64,000 nt of DNA, from the NCBI GenBank assembly GCA_050633305.1, contig JBOEGF010000008.1, positions 128,001 through 192,000 of the forward strand, given 5' to 3'. Below are positions 49,636 through 61,175 of the stretch, one piece after another (the stretch's first letter is position 1; every line of letters begins with the position of its first letter). Made by a program: the position numbers and the translations under genes. The notes beneath the pieces are model-generated. The model was not told the DNA's origin and made no database searches. It was given only the letters and a program-made list of their open reading frames with translations. The DNA comes from Nannocystales bacterium. Its GTDB lineage: Bacteria > Myxococcota_A > Polyangia > Nannocystales > Nannocystaceae.

Positions 49636-52476
49636 ATGCCGATGTTGCGCGCTTCCCTCCCCGCCCTTCTCGCCGCCTCCCTCCTCGCCACCAGCTGCGG
49701 CGGAAAAATCGGGGACTCCACGGAGAACGCCGAGCTACCGACTCCGGACCGAGAGCTGCACCTCGACTCGCAAGCGGGCCTCATCGAGTTCGACAACGGC
49801 CTGCGCCTGTTCGTGGTCCCCGACCCCTACACACGCCTGGTCGAGTTCGATGTCCGGCACCACGTCGGCAGTCGCGATGACCCCGCGGGCAAGGCCGGCA
49901 TCGCCCACTTTGTCGAGCACCTGATGTTTCAGATCGGCTCCGAGGGGCCCGGGACCACCCGGCTGATGCAGGCCTTGCCGCAGCACACCTTGTTCTTCAA
50001 CGCCTTCACCTCCAGCGACGAGACCCACTACATGCACATGGGGCTCTCGGGTGAACTGGAGAACTACTTCAAGTACACCTCGCGGCGCCTGCAGTACGAC
50101 TGCGAAGAGGTCCCCGAAGCCGCGTTTGAGCGCGAGCGCGACGTGGTCCGCAACGAGCACCGCTGGCGATTCGGCGGGGCGTTCGGCTTCATCTACAACA
50201 AGGTCTTCGAGATCGCCTTTCCCGAGGGGCACCCGTATCACAGCAGCGGCGCCAGCGATGACCACCAGCTGGCATCGATCACCCCGCAGAACACCTGCGA
50301 CTTCATCCAGCGCTACTACACCGCTGGGCAGTCCGATGTCGTGATCACCGGAGACGTCGACCGTGCCGAGGTCCTCAAGCTCGCGAAGAAGTATCTGGAG
50401 CCGCTTCCCAAGCGCCCGGACGCCAAGCGGGCGCCCGTTCCTCCGCCGGCGGTCGAAGGCAAGACGGTCGAGATCGAAGCGCCGGTCAAGAAGCCAACCG
50501 CGCTGGTCTTGTTCCACATGCCCAAGCGCTTCACGCCCAACTACCTCCCGGCCCAGGCCTGCATCGAGACAATGGCAATCGCGCTGTCGTTCTTCGTCGA
50601 TCGTGGTCCGCTGGGCGTGGTCGACTCGTGGGGGTTCATGCCCGTCGGCGGCAAAGAAGCCCGGCTCTTCGGCGTGATGGTCGAGACCAAGGAGCCCGAG
50701 CAGCTCGACCGCGGCATCGACGAGGTCCTCGACGCGATCACCAAGGGCTTCTCGCCCAAGCTCGACAACAAGGACTACGCGGGAGCCTACGACTCGGCCC
50801 GGCAGCGGGCGCGGCTACAGGTCCTGGACTCCGTCGCCACCATCACGCAAAGCGGCGTGGCCTTTGCCGACTACCTGGAGGAGCCCGGCGACCGTCCAGG
50901 CTTCTATGGGGCAGACATCGCCGAGCTCAACGACCTGACCTCAGAAGATGCGCAAGCCATCGGCCGGAAGATCTTCGCGCGCAACAAAGCTCTGGTCGTC
51001 AAGGTCGTCCCCGACGGCAACGAGCCGGAGATCGAACGCGCCCAATTCGACTACAGCCCCGATGAGGAGGAGAGCCTCGGCGTTCCCGAGGACATCGATC
51101 CCGCCGAGGCACGCAGGCCCATCCCTCTCGAGGACATCGCCCCGCCCGAGGGCCAATCCCTGGAATACGAGCTCGACAACGGCATGAAGGTCGTCCTCGT
51201 GCAGAGCAGCGGTCTGCCTGTCATGGATGTACAGCTGGTCGTCGCCGCGGGAACAACCGACGCACCCAAGCAACCCGACCTCGCCCAGCTCGCCCGCAGG
51301 ATGTACGGGCCCGACTACACCCTCACCAGCAGTCGGAACCTGATGGACTTTTTCGACAAGGCCGGCGGCATCTTCGGGAGCAACACCAACGCTGGAGCCA
51401 CGACCTACAGATCCCGCGGGCTGTCGATCTACCTGGACTTCATCATCGCAGGCCTCGCGGAGCAGACCGTCAACGCGTCGTACCAGACACGTGCGCTCGA
51501 GGGCTGGAAAGCCTTCAATAAGGAGCAGCTCAAGAAACAACGCTGGCAGCAGGTCGCCAAACGCAACAACGCCTTCTACGAGGCCGTCTACGGAAAAGGC
51601 CACCCACACGTCCGCCCTCGAATCACCGACCCCAAGCAGCTTCGCGACATCAGCGTGCGCAGCCTGGAGGACTTCCGCGGCAAGCACTACCGGGCAGGCA
51701 ACAGCGCCCTGATCATCACCGGTGGGTTCGACATGGAGATGGCCATCGCATACGTGGACCGGTTCTTCGGCACGCCCGAGTTCCGCGAACGCGGCAACAC
51801 CTGGCTGGACCCATACACAGAACCCTCCGCCCCGCCCGTACCGGAGCCAACCCCCGGCGCGACCCGGGTGATGACCGAGGTCGACAAAGAGCGTGTGCAA
51901 ACCGAGGTGGAGATCGACTTCGGTCTCGCCGAGATCTACGGCGAAGACCACGCGTCGCTGATGGTGATGGCGGAGATGCTGAACTTCGGCGTGGGCCGCG
52001 TTCGTATGGAGTTGGGCGCGAGCTACGGGACCTACGCGCGGCTCGACACCGACCGGCCACGCATCCGTATCGGCGGCGCGATCGACAGCGCCCGCGCCGA
52101 CGAGGGGCTCGTCGCAATCCTCGCGGCGGTCGAGGAGTTGCGGACCCACGAGGACTTCGAGCGCCGCTTCGCCTTCGCGCGTCGCAGCGTCCTGCAGCGT
52201 ATGATCAATGCACAAGGCGACCCCAAAGAGTTCGCCAACACACTTGCCCGGGCCGTGCGAAGTGGCCGGAGCTACGCCTACTTTCGCGAGCTTGCATCGC
52301 AAGTCGCGGCGCTCAAGCCCAGCGCGGTCGAGGCGACGATCACCCGAGTGTTGAAGCCGGAGCACTCCGTGACCCTGGTGCAAGGACCCAAACTCGGCGT
52401 CGATAAGGCGGTCGAGGGCGCCAAACTGGTCGGTGTCGTCGCCCTTCCCGACGTCATCCACGACGAAGACGACTGA
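49636..52476 (+). CDS. M16 (insulinase-family) metallopeptidase lipoprotein
   Basis: Lipobox ATSC; HFVEH inverted zinc motif, NAFT, duplicated halves (FDNGL / LDNGM). Confidence 0.88.
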   Translation: MPMLRASLPALLAASLLATSCGGKIGDSTENAELPTPDRELHLDSQAGLIEFDNGLRLFVVPDPYTRLVEFDVRHHVGSRDDPAGKAGIAHFVEHLMFQIGSEGPGTTRLMQALPQHTLFFNAFTSSDETHYMHMGLSGELENYFKYTSRRLQYDCEEVPEAAFERERDVVRNEHRWRFGGAFGFIYNKVFEIAFPEGHPYHSSGASDDHQLASITPQNTCDFIQRYYTAGQSDVVITGDVDRAEVLKLAKKYLEPLPKRPDAKRAPVPPPAVEGKTVEIEAPVKKPTALVLFHMPKRFTPNYLPAQACIETMAIALSFFVDRGPLGVVDSWGFMPVGGKEARLFGVMVETKEPEQLDRGIDEVLDAITKGFSPKLDNKDYAGAYDSARQRARLQVLDSVATITQSGVAFADYLEEPGDRPGFYGADIAELNDLTSEDAQAIGRKIFARNKALVVKVVPDGNEPEIERAQFDYSPDEEESLGVPEDIDPAEARRPIPLEDIAPPEGQSLEYELDNGMKVVLVQSSGLPVMDVQLVVAAGTTDAPKQPDLAQLARRMYGPDYTLTSSRNLMDFFDKAGGIFGSNTNAGATTYRSRGLSIYLDFIIAGLAEQTVNASYQTRALEGWKAFNKEQLKKQRWQQVAKRNNAFYEAVYGKGHPHVRPRITDPKQLRDISVRSLEDFRGKHYRAGNSALIITGGFDMEMAIAYVDRFFGTPEFRERGNTWLDPYTEPSAPPVPEPTPGATRVMTEVDKERVQTEVEIDFGLAEIYGEDHASLMVMAEMLNFGVGRVRMELGASYGTYARLDTDRPRIRIGGAIDSARADEGLVAILAAVEELRTHEDFERRFAFARRSVLQRMINAQGDPKEFANTLARAVRSGRSYAYFRELASQVAALKPSAVEATITRVLKPEHSVTLVQGPKLGVDKAVEGAKLVGVVALPDVIHDEDD

Positions 52477-52583
52477 GAGCCCGTTCTCAGTCGTCCCACG
52501 GGCTTGCGATTCCGCACACGCCGTTCGCACACAAGGTGGTCGGAGGTCTGCAACTCCCGCACACGTACGTCGTCTTCGATGCG

Positions 52584-55346
52584 ATGGCCCGCGTGCGACG
52601 ACCCAGTGTTTGGAGTTCCAAGAGCAAACCTGCCGTAGCGCCGCTTCTCCTGTGGGGACTGAGCGCGTTGGCCGGTTGTTCGGACGACACGGGTGCCGCC
52701 GAACCGTCGGATGACGGGCCAGCGTGCATCGGCAAGTGTGACGGGTTCAACAGCATCACGGGTGCACTCCCGCTCGCCCCGCACGCCGCCACCTGGGACG
52801 GCCGAGTCCTGCTCGCCGACGTCGAAGGCGAGTGCCGTGTCGTCGCCGTTCGGCCCGACGCGATCGAGATCCGCGAAGGCGGTCTGACCTTCGGCCCCGA
52901 GGTGTTCTCCGAAGGCCTGCCCTGCCCCACGACCGTGGGCCGTCCCGCGCTCGCGATGGCCACCCCCGACGGGCACAACCCCTTTCCCAGCACCCCCGAC
53001 GGCTCTCTCGACTTCGCGGGCGCGCACCTGACCTACGACGTCACCCTACTGGAGGGCAGTGAGGCCGGCCAGCTGGTGCGCCGCGCGGGCACGCTGATCA
53101 CGACACAAGGCGAGGTCGTTTCAGCCCAATGGGATGACGAGCCCACACCCGTCGGCATCAACGGCCACAACCCTACGCTGAGCGCCGATGGTGGCCTGCT
53201 GGTGTTTGAGCGCGAGGATGGGCTGTGGTTCGCCCTCGCCCAGGGTGATGGTTTTGGGGAGCCCGCGCCGTTGAGCCGGCTGCACGAGCACGCGGCGGAT
53301 TCGGTGCGAGGCCTCCCGCTTTCAACCCGGTACCCACTCGCAAGTGAAGCCCTGCGCGCAGCCGATGGTACGCGGATCGAGGCTGGTCAAGCGCTCGTCG
53401 GTCAACGCCCCTCCCTTGGACAGGACGGCACGTCGTTGTTCTTCGAGTCCGAAGGCGGGACCCGGGTGCTCAGCCAGCGAAGTGGGTTCGCGATTCGGCA
53501 GCTCGACGGCCACATCAACGCAGGCAACGACGATGCGCCCGCATTCCACCTCAGCCTCGGACGCAGCGGCAGCGTCTACGCGCCCTACCCCGGCGCCCAC
53601 CGACTCCCCGTCCGGGAGCACCGGCTTCCCACCGTCTCCTTGTTCGGCTTCACCGAGCATGACGGAGAGTTCCAGAGCAGCTACGACGAGATCGACTTCG
53701 TCGCCTTCTCCGACCGCGACTACGTCACCTACCTGCCGATGACCGCCACCGCGCTCGCCGATGGAACGCTCGATGAGCATCAGTCGGGCGACCTCTCCGG
53801 GCGATTCAACAACGCGGTTCTCGACCCCGGCGCATCGCTCGGACACGCGGCGGTCACAGGCGCTCACGGCCAGGCGGTCTTCCTCCCCACCGGCGCAGGA
53901 CTTGTCGTCCCCGCCAGCGACAGTACCGTCGCGCCGCAACGCGGCTACAACGTCTCGATGTTCGTCCGGCCCATGGCCGACGATGTCCGCGGTCCCCTCT
54001 TGGATTGGCCCGGCGTCGTGAGCATCACGCTCGAAGACGACGGAGTCGTCATTCGTGGCACCGCCCCGGAGAGTGAACCGACCAACTCCGTCCACCCGGT
54101 GCTCGCGCGCGACACATGGACCCACGTCGCGGTCTCCTACGACGGCAACTCCGGCCGCCTGCGGACCTACATCAACGGCGAGCGGATCGCTCAAGACCAG
54201 TTTGCGCGCCGCGGATTCCCAACCGGAGATGGCGGCGCGATCACGCTCGGCCGCGCGACGGCCAGTGGCGACGGGGCCGTGCTCGCCCTGGACGAAGTGA
54301 GCATCTCCCGGGAGCTCCGGTTCGACGAGGAGGTCTATGCAGAGGCGCGACAAGAGGAGTTCTTCCGCCGCCCGATCGCGTCGATCGACCGCATCCGCGA
54401 AGAGGTCGATCTCCCGCTGGGCCTCGACGCCGAGCAGTTTGTCATGCCCGACCGAGCCAACCTGGAGGACAACGCCACCGAGCTGGGCATGCTGTTGTTC
54501 TTCGATACACGGCTGTCGAGCAACCAGGAGATCTCCTGCGCGACGTGCCACGACCCGGAGCTTGCCTTCACCGATGGCCGCCCTGTCGGCGCGGCCGTCG
54601 ATGGCAGCGACCTCACCCGGAGCACCCCGACGGTCTTCAACCGGGCGCTGTCGACCATGCAGTTCTGGGATGGCCGCTCTCCAAGCCTCGAGCAACAGTC
54701 CGTCCTCCCCATTTTCAACAGCGCCGAGATGGGGCTGACCCGGCAAGAGTTCATCGAGTACCTCGAGAGCGTTCCCGAGTACGTTGACCGGTTCAACGAT
54801 GTGTTCCGCCGCCCCCCCAGCATCTCGGCCGCAGGCTTCGCCCTCGCCGCGTTCCAGCGCACGCAGCTCGCAGGAGAGTCTCCCGTCGACCACTACGAGG
54901 CCGGCGACGCTGACGCTCTCTCCGAGTCCGAGATTCGCGGCCGCGCGCTGTTCAACGGCAAGGCCCGCTGCGTCGCCTGCCACAGCGGCTCCAACTTCTC
55001 CGACGAGCAGCTTCATGCCGTCGAGGTTTTCGAGCACACCGACCTGGGTGCGTTCCTCGTCCGCCGCGGCCGCGAGCGATTCCTCCGCACGTTCAAGACG
55101 CCGACGCTACGGAACATCGATGTCACGGCGCCATACTTTCATGATGGCTCCGCCGCGACCCTCGAAGAGGTCGTCTCGCTCTACAATGCAGGCGCTCTGC
55201 CAAACGCACAGAACGTCGACCCCGAGCTTCACCCGCTCGGCCTGACCGCAGACGAACAGACCGACCTTGTCGCGTTCCTCCGCGCGCTGACCAGCCCGAA
55301 CGCGATTCAGACATTCGACGTCCCGCTGCCCGCCCTGGCCGAGTAG
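52584..55346 (+). CDS. Lipoprotein with N-terminal beta-rich region, LamG domain and diheme cytochrome c peroxidase/MauG domain
   Basis: LAGC lipobox; WTHVAVSYDG..TYING (LamG); CATCH, QFWDGR, CVACH and FKTPTLRN..TAPYFHDG. Confidence 0.87.
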   Translation: MARVRRPSVWSSKSKPAVAPLLLWGLSALAGCSDDTGAAEPSDDGPACIGKCDGFNSITGALPLAPHAATWDGRVLLADVEGECRVVAVRPDAIEIREGGLTFGPEVFSEGLPCPTTVGRPALAMATPDGHNPFPSTPDGSLDFAGAHLTYDVTLLEGSEAGQLVRRAGTLITTQGEVVSAQWDDEPTPVGINGHNPTLSADGGLLVFEREDGLWFALAQGDGFGEPAPLSRLHEHAADSVRGLPLSTRYPLASEALRAADGTRIEAGQALVGQRPSLGQDGTSLFFESEGGTRVLSQRSGFAIRQLDGHINAGNDDAPAFHLSLGRSGSVYAPYPGAHRLPVREHRLPTVSLFGFTEHDGEFQSSYDEIDFVAFSDRDYVTYLPMTATALADGTLDEHQSGDLSGRFNNAVLDPGASLGHAAVTGAHGQAVFLPTGAGLVVPASDSTVAPQRGYNVSMFVRPMADDVRGPLLDWPGVVSITLEDDGVVIRGTAPESEPTNSVHPVLARDTWTHVAVSYDGNSGRLRTYINGERIAQDQFARRGFPTGDGGAITLGRATASGDGAVLALDEVSISRELRFDEEVYAEARQEEFFRRPIASIDRIREEVDLPLGLDAEQFVMPDRANLEDNATELGMLLFFDTRLSSNQEISCATCHDPELAFTDGRPVGAAVDGSDLTRSTPTVFNRALSTMQFWDGRSPSLEQQSVLPIFNSAEMGLTRQEFIEYLESVPEYVDRFNDVFRRPPSISAAGFALAAFQRTQLAGESPVDHYEAGDADALSESEIRGRALFNGKARCVACHSGSNFSDEQLHAVEVFEHTDLGAFLVRRGRERFLRTFKTPTLRNIDVTAPYFHDGSAATLEEVVSLYNAGALPNAQNVDPELHPLGLTADEQTDLVAFLRALTSPNAIQTFDVPLPALAE

Positions 55347-55381
55347 TTCGTATTCCCGCGGGGTGTTCTACCCTGCAGGTC

Positions 55382-56320
55382 GTGTCGAGCTGCCAGCAGC
55401 GCAACGAGGCGCTCGCGCGTGGACTGCGGGTGCTTCCCGGGTCCATCCCATACACGAACCGGCGCCGGCTGAACGTCGGTGGTCGGTTCGATGGCCTGAC
55501 GCTGGGCGAGTTCCTCGCGCTCCGACATCCGCATATCGACGCATCGCTGTGGCGCGGGTCGCTGGGCGCCGGCCGACTCGAACTCGACGGGCGAATCGTG
55601 CAAAGCCTCGAGCAGCGCGTCCGTGGCGGAAACCAGCTCGTGCACGTGGTCGAGTCGCAGGTCGAACCAGACGTCTCCGCCGGGCTGCGGTTCCTTCACG
55701 AGGACGACGACCTCGTAGCGCTTGCCAAGCCGGCTCCACTGCCGGTTCATCCCAGCGGGCGATTCAACAAAAACACCGTGGTCGGGCTCATTGCCGCGGT
55801 CTTCTCGGACCTGTCGCTCTTCCCCGTCCACAGACTCGATGCCGACACCACCGGCGTTCTCGTGCTCGCCAAACACCCGAGCGCGGCGCGGCAGCTCGGT
55901 GCCCAGTTCGAGGCACGGACCGTCGAGAAGCGCTACCTCGCCCGCGTCCACGGCACGTCCCCACGCCGCTTCGAGAGCACGGCTCCCATTGCCCGAGGCC
56001 CAGACTCGAGCGGGAAGCGAACGACACACTCAGGCGCCGCAGCGCTCACGAACTTCTGGACCCTCGTCCCAGGTGACCAGAGCCTCGTCGCCGCGTGGCC
56101 CCGCTCGGGAAGGACCAACCAGATCCGACTGCACCTGCTCGACGCCGGGCACCCCATCGTCGGAGACCGCGCCTACGGCCCCGACGCCGATGCTGAGTTT
56201 CAAAGCGGCGGGTCGCTGTGTCTGCACGCGGACGCGATCCGCCTGCACCACCCTTCGTCCGGGGACCGGGTTCGCTTTCACGCGCCCCGCCCTCCCTGGG
56301 CGTCAGAGTTCTTCGGGTGA
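55382..56320 (+). CDS. RluA-family pseudouridine synthase
   Basis: KPAPLPVHP, HRLDADTTG, GRTNQIR and HPIVGDRAY. Confidence 0.9.
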   Translation: MSSCQQRNEALARGLRVLPGSIPYTNRRRLNVGGRFDGLTLGEFLALRHPHIDASLWRGSLGAGRLELDGRIVQSLEQRVRGGNQLVHVVESQVEPDVSAGLRFLHEDDDLVALAKPAPLPVHPSGRFNKNTVVGLIAAVFSDLSLFPVHRLDADTTGVLVLAKHPSAARQLGAQFEARTVEKRYLARVHGTSPRRFESTAPIARGPDSSGKRTTHSGAAALTNFWTLVPGDQSLVAAWPRSGRTNQIRLHLLDAGHPIVGDRAYGPDADAEFQSGGSLCLHADAIRLHHPSSGDRVRFHAPRPPWASEFFG

Positions 56321-57232
56321 CGGCCCCGTGTTCAGGTGCTCGTCCCCGCGTGCCTTCGCAGCCCGCACTTGACGCATTCGCTCCCGCCGGCTCGCCCGCT
56401 GCGCGTCGTCTGTGGTTCCCACACACCGGTGGCAGCACACGCCAGCCTCGTAGTCGGGGTGCTCCAGCTCTTCCGGGGCCAGCGGCTCCAGACAGCCAAA
56501 GCACAGCACATGGCGTCCCTGCTCCAGTGCGTGGTCGACGGCCACGCGACGGTCGAACACGAAGCACTCCCCGTCCCACCGCGATTGCGCCGGGTCGGTT
56601 CGTTCGAGGTACCGGAGGATGCCCCCCTTGAGGTGATAAACCTCAGGTACACCCTCGCGCAGGAGGAGCGAAGTCGCCTTCTCGCAACGAATTCCCCCCG
56701 TGCAAAACATCGCGACCTTCTTGTGCCGCGTGGGATCGATGTTGGCTTTGACCCACGCCGGGAAGTCCCGAAAGTTCTCCGTCTCGGGGTCGACCGCCCC
56801 CACGAACGAACCAATCCTGACTTCATACGCGTTGCGCGTGTCGACGACCAGGACCTCCGGATCGTCGACCAAAGCGTTCCAGTCCTCGGGTTCAACGTAG
56901 GTCCCGACCCGCTCGAGCGGGTCGATCCCCGGAACGCCCATCGTCACAATTTCCTTCTTCAAACGGACGCGCATCCGGCCAAAAGGCGGTGCCGAGGCAT
57001 TCGCGAACTTCGCCTCCAACCCCTCGAGCCCTGGCTCACTCCGCAACCGTTCGAGGACCGACTCCACCCCCGCCGGTGGGCCGGCGATGGTCCCGTTGAC
57101 GCCCTCGGCGGCGAGCAGCAGCGTCCCAACAACCTCCCGGGACTCACATAACCGCTGCAACACTGGTTGCAAACTAACGTGGTCTTCCAACGGAACGAAC
57201 GCGTACAGCGCTGCGATTCGACATCTGCTCAC
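56303..57232 (-). CDS. trhO: Rhodanese-domain tRNA U34 hydroxylase TrhO (YceA/UPF0176)
   Basis: EGVNGTI, KKEIVTMG, DTRNAYE, MFCTGGIRCEKA, LKGGILRY and CFVFDRR. Confidence 0.92.
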   Translation of the reverse strand: MSRCRIAALYAFVPLEDHVSLQPVLQRLCESREVVGTLLLAAEGVNGTIAGPPAGVESVLERLRSEPGLEGLEAKFANASAPPFGRMRVRLKKEIVTMGVPGIDPLERVGTYVEPEDWNALVDDPEVLVVDTRNAYEVRIGSFVGAVDPETENFRDFPAWVKANIDPTRHKKVAMFCTGGIRCEKATSLLLREGVPEVYHLKGGILRYLERTDPAQSRWDGECFVFDRRVAVDHALEQGRHVLCFGCLEPLAPEELEHPDYEAGVCCHRCVGTTDDAQRASRRERMRQVRAAKARGDEHLNTGPSPEEL

Positions 57233-57436
57233 GGCCGCGGAGGCTAGCAGCCGCTTGTATGGCGCGTAAGAGCTTCAGCCTTCGGACCCACGTCTCTTTT
57301 TTTTTGAGCTCATCTGCGCCGGCGTCCGGTCCGCGCGTTGGCGCAGCCTCACGCGCGTTGCCAAGCGACTCCCCTCGTTGTAGTCGTCTACCTTCAGTTT
57401 TCGCCCCGTTCGCGGGCGCAACCAAGGACTCTAGGC

Positions 57437-58957
<1,521 letters not shown>

Positions 58958-58978
58958 GGCAGTCGGACTCTAGACAGG

Positions 58979-59015
58979 GGGGCAGTCGGATCGAATCCGG
59001 CTGCCTCTTTCCTTT
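58979..59015 (+). terminator. Intrinsic terminator
   Basis: GGCAGTCGGAT-CGA-ATCCGGCTGCC hairpin followed by TCTTTCCTTT, between convergent genes. Confidence 0.7.
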
Positions 59016-59071
59016 GGTTCAGGAAGGTCCAAGACGGAGCGAGTCGTTCGCGACGCTTGACCCCGCGACCG

Positions 59072-60811
59072 TCAGAAGTCGATGGAGTGGAGGATATTGA
59101 CCGGGACGTCGTACGTCGTTTCGGTCGAACCGTCCGGCCAGCGGATCGTCATCGATGTGGGAGACGCGTCGCCGAACCCGAAGTGCAGGCGAAGCATCGA
59201 TCCCGCCCCCAGACTCGAGCCGCAGATCACCTCCCGCGTCTGCGTCCTGCCAGTGTCGTCCGTGACGCTGACCCGGGCGCCCACGGCATCCGTCGACACA
59301 GTCTCGCCATCGCCGCGAAGTTCGATCTCGAGCCATGAGGCCCCGCCACCTTCGTTGTGGAACAGGGCGAACGAGTCGGCCGCATTCCCGACGAGTATGT
59401 CGACCCAGCCGTCTTCGTCGTAGTCGGCGATCGCCAACCCCTGGCTGCGGCGCGTGTCCTCGGCTCCGGCAGCATCAGGCAGTCGCAAGAACGTCCCATC
59501 GTGCATGTTCCGCAACATGACGTTGGGACGAGCCGCGCCAAAGTTGAGCTGTCCGATCGCAACGTACAGGTCAAGCCAGCCGTCGTTGTCGTAGTCGATG
59601 AACTGAGCGCCCCAGCCGTACTGGTTCCACAATTCCTCGTCGACCAGCGCTCCTGCCTGCTCGGCAACTTCAACGAAGACCGGTTGCCCCTGCGCGGCTT
59701 GGTTGTTCAGCAGCTTCATCGGGCCCAGGTCTGAAATGAAGACGTCCTGGTCACCGTCGTTGTCGTAGTCGCCGACGGCCAGCCCCATACTCCCCATCTC
59801 CAACCCCGCGCCTGAAGACGCCGAAACGTCCGTGAAGCACCAGTGACCACACCCTGGGCCATCATTTCGCCACAGGACATTCCCGCCGGCCTTGTCGTTT
59901 ACGACGTACAGGTCGACGTCTCCGTCGAGATCGTAGTCGAAGAAACTTGCCGAGAAGGCCAGCCGCGTCCGAGTCGTGATGTCGAGTACGCCAGGCATCT
60001 CACTGAACGACCCCCCACCGTCGTTGTGGAGCAGGCGATCGGGAAGCGTGATCTCGTTGTTCGCGACGTAGACGTCCAGAAGGCCGTCTCCGTCGTAGTC
60101 GCCCCACGCGGCGGTCTCTCCGTGTCCAACGTCCGCAAGGCCAGACGCCAGAGAAACGTCGGTGAATCCGCCGGCCCCATCATTGCGAAGCATCGTGTTC
60201 TCACCGAACGCGAGGAGGTACAGATCTGGGAGCGTGTCGTTGTCAAAGTCGACGAACACAGCACCGGTGCTCGCCGTCGCGGTCAACTCCATCCCCGCAA
60301 CGGGCCAAGCAATCGCATCGAACGACCCGCTCCCGGTTCCTCGGAAGAGATGGTTGGGCGCGAGTTGGCTCGTCACAACGAGATCCAACACGCCGTCGCC
60401 GTCGTAGTCGCCCCACGCTTGGCCCTCGGTCGCGAAGAGGTCGATGGACTCATGTGCCACGTCGATCCCAACCGACAAGGAGACCTCAGCGTACGTGACC
60501 GGCGCCTCCATCCCAGAGCCGGTGCTCTCCGTGTTGGTCGTCGTCCCAGTCGACAAAGGCGTCGGTGACCCGGACCCGGACGAACTCGACGCGACCCCCA
60601 TTCCGCTGGCCTCACCGGATCCATCGGTTCCAATACCTGACGTGGACGTCGTGGCGAGCACCATCCCGTCGTCGCCCGATTCGGCGTCGCTCGATGGGTC
60701 GCCGACGGTCGTCTGACTCGAGGCCCCATCCGGTTCGGACGGCAGCTCGACTTGAGCGACGTCGCTGCAGCCGGCTGCGAGCGCGATCAGGGCAGTGAGG
60801 CTTAGGCGCAT
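59072..60811 (-). CDS. CRTAC1/ASPIC-UnbV family FG-GAP repeat lipoprotein
   Basis: Lipobox AAGC; many GDYDxDGxxD repeats; C-terminal AVGARV...LHFGFG...IRWPDG. Confidence 0.9.
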   Translation of the reverse strand: MRLSLTALIALAAGCSDVAQVELPSEPDGASSQTTVGDPSSDAESGDDGMVLATTSTSGIGTDGSGEASGMGVASSSSGSGSPTPLSTGTTTNTESTGSGMEAPVTYAEVSLSVGIDVAHESIDLFATEGQAWGDYDGDGVLDLVVTSQLAPNHLFRGTGSGSFDAIAWPVAGMELTATASTGAVFVDFDNDTLPDLYLLAFGENTMLRNDGAGGFTDVSLASGLADVGHGETAAWGDYDGDGLLDVYVANNEITLPDRLLHNDGGGSFSEMPGVLDITTRTRLAFSASFFDYDLDGDVDLYVVNDKAGGNVLWRNDGPGCGHWCFTDVSASSGAGLEMGSMGLAVGDYDNDGDQDVFISDLGPMKLLNNQAAQGQPVFVEVAEQAGALVDEELWNQYGWGAQFIDYDNDGWLDLYVAIGQLNFGAARPNVMLRNMHDGTFLRLPDAAGAEDTRRSQGLAIADYDEDGWVDILVGNAADSFALFHNEGGGASWLEIELRGDGETVSTDAVGARVSVTDDTGRTQTREVICGSSLGAGSMLRLHFGFGDASPTSMTIRWPDGSTETTYDVPVNILHSIDF

Positions 60812-61175
60812 TCGAAGTCTCCGCTCGCCGCGGACACGACGAACCGTACTCTCTCGTACCATGGCAGAGCTTGGCGGCGCAGCGGCGTGAACAAGATCCT
60901 GGCACGGCGCGTAGGCCGCGAGGCTCTCGGACTCCGCGCGCACGCCGGATGTCCCGTTCCGCTCGCAGCTCGGGCGCCGTCAGGTCCCCGCGACATGAGC
61001 GTCCATGACTCCGTTGTCAGCGCGGGCGCCGACCGTAGAGACGTTCACGGGCTCAGGTCAGCGGGCTCGCCGGTGCTGCCAACATACCGCCAGAGAACGT
61101 CCCCAACATCCCTCTTCGCGACGTCGAAGAACAGGACCTGCAGAGCGCCACATCCTCCCCGAAGAAAAGACCTGC

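Noticed and set aside
50941..55037. Long minus-strand ORFs (529 aa and 571 aa)
   Set aside because: Antisense shadows of the M16 peptidase and diheme genes, typical of high-GC DNA; no motifs.
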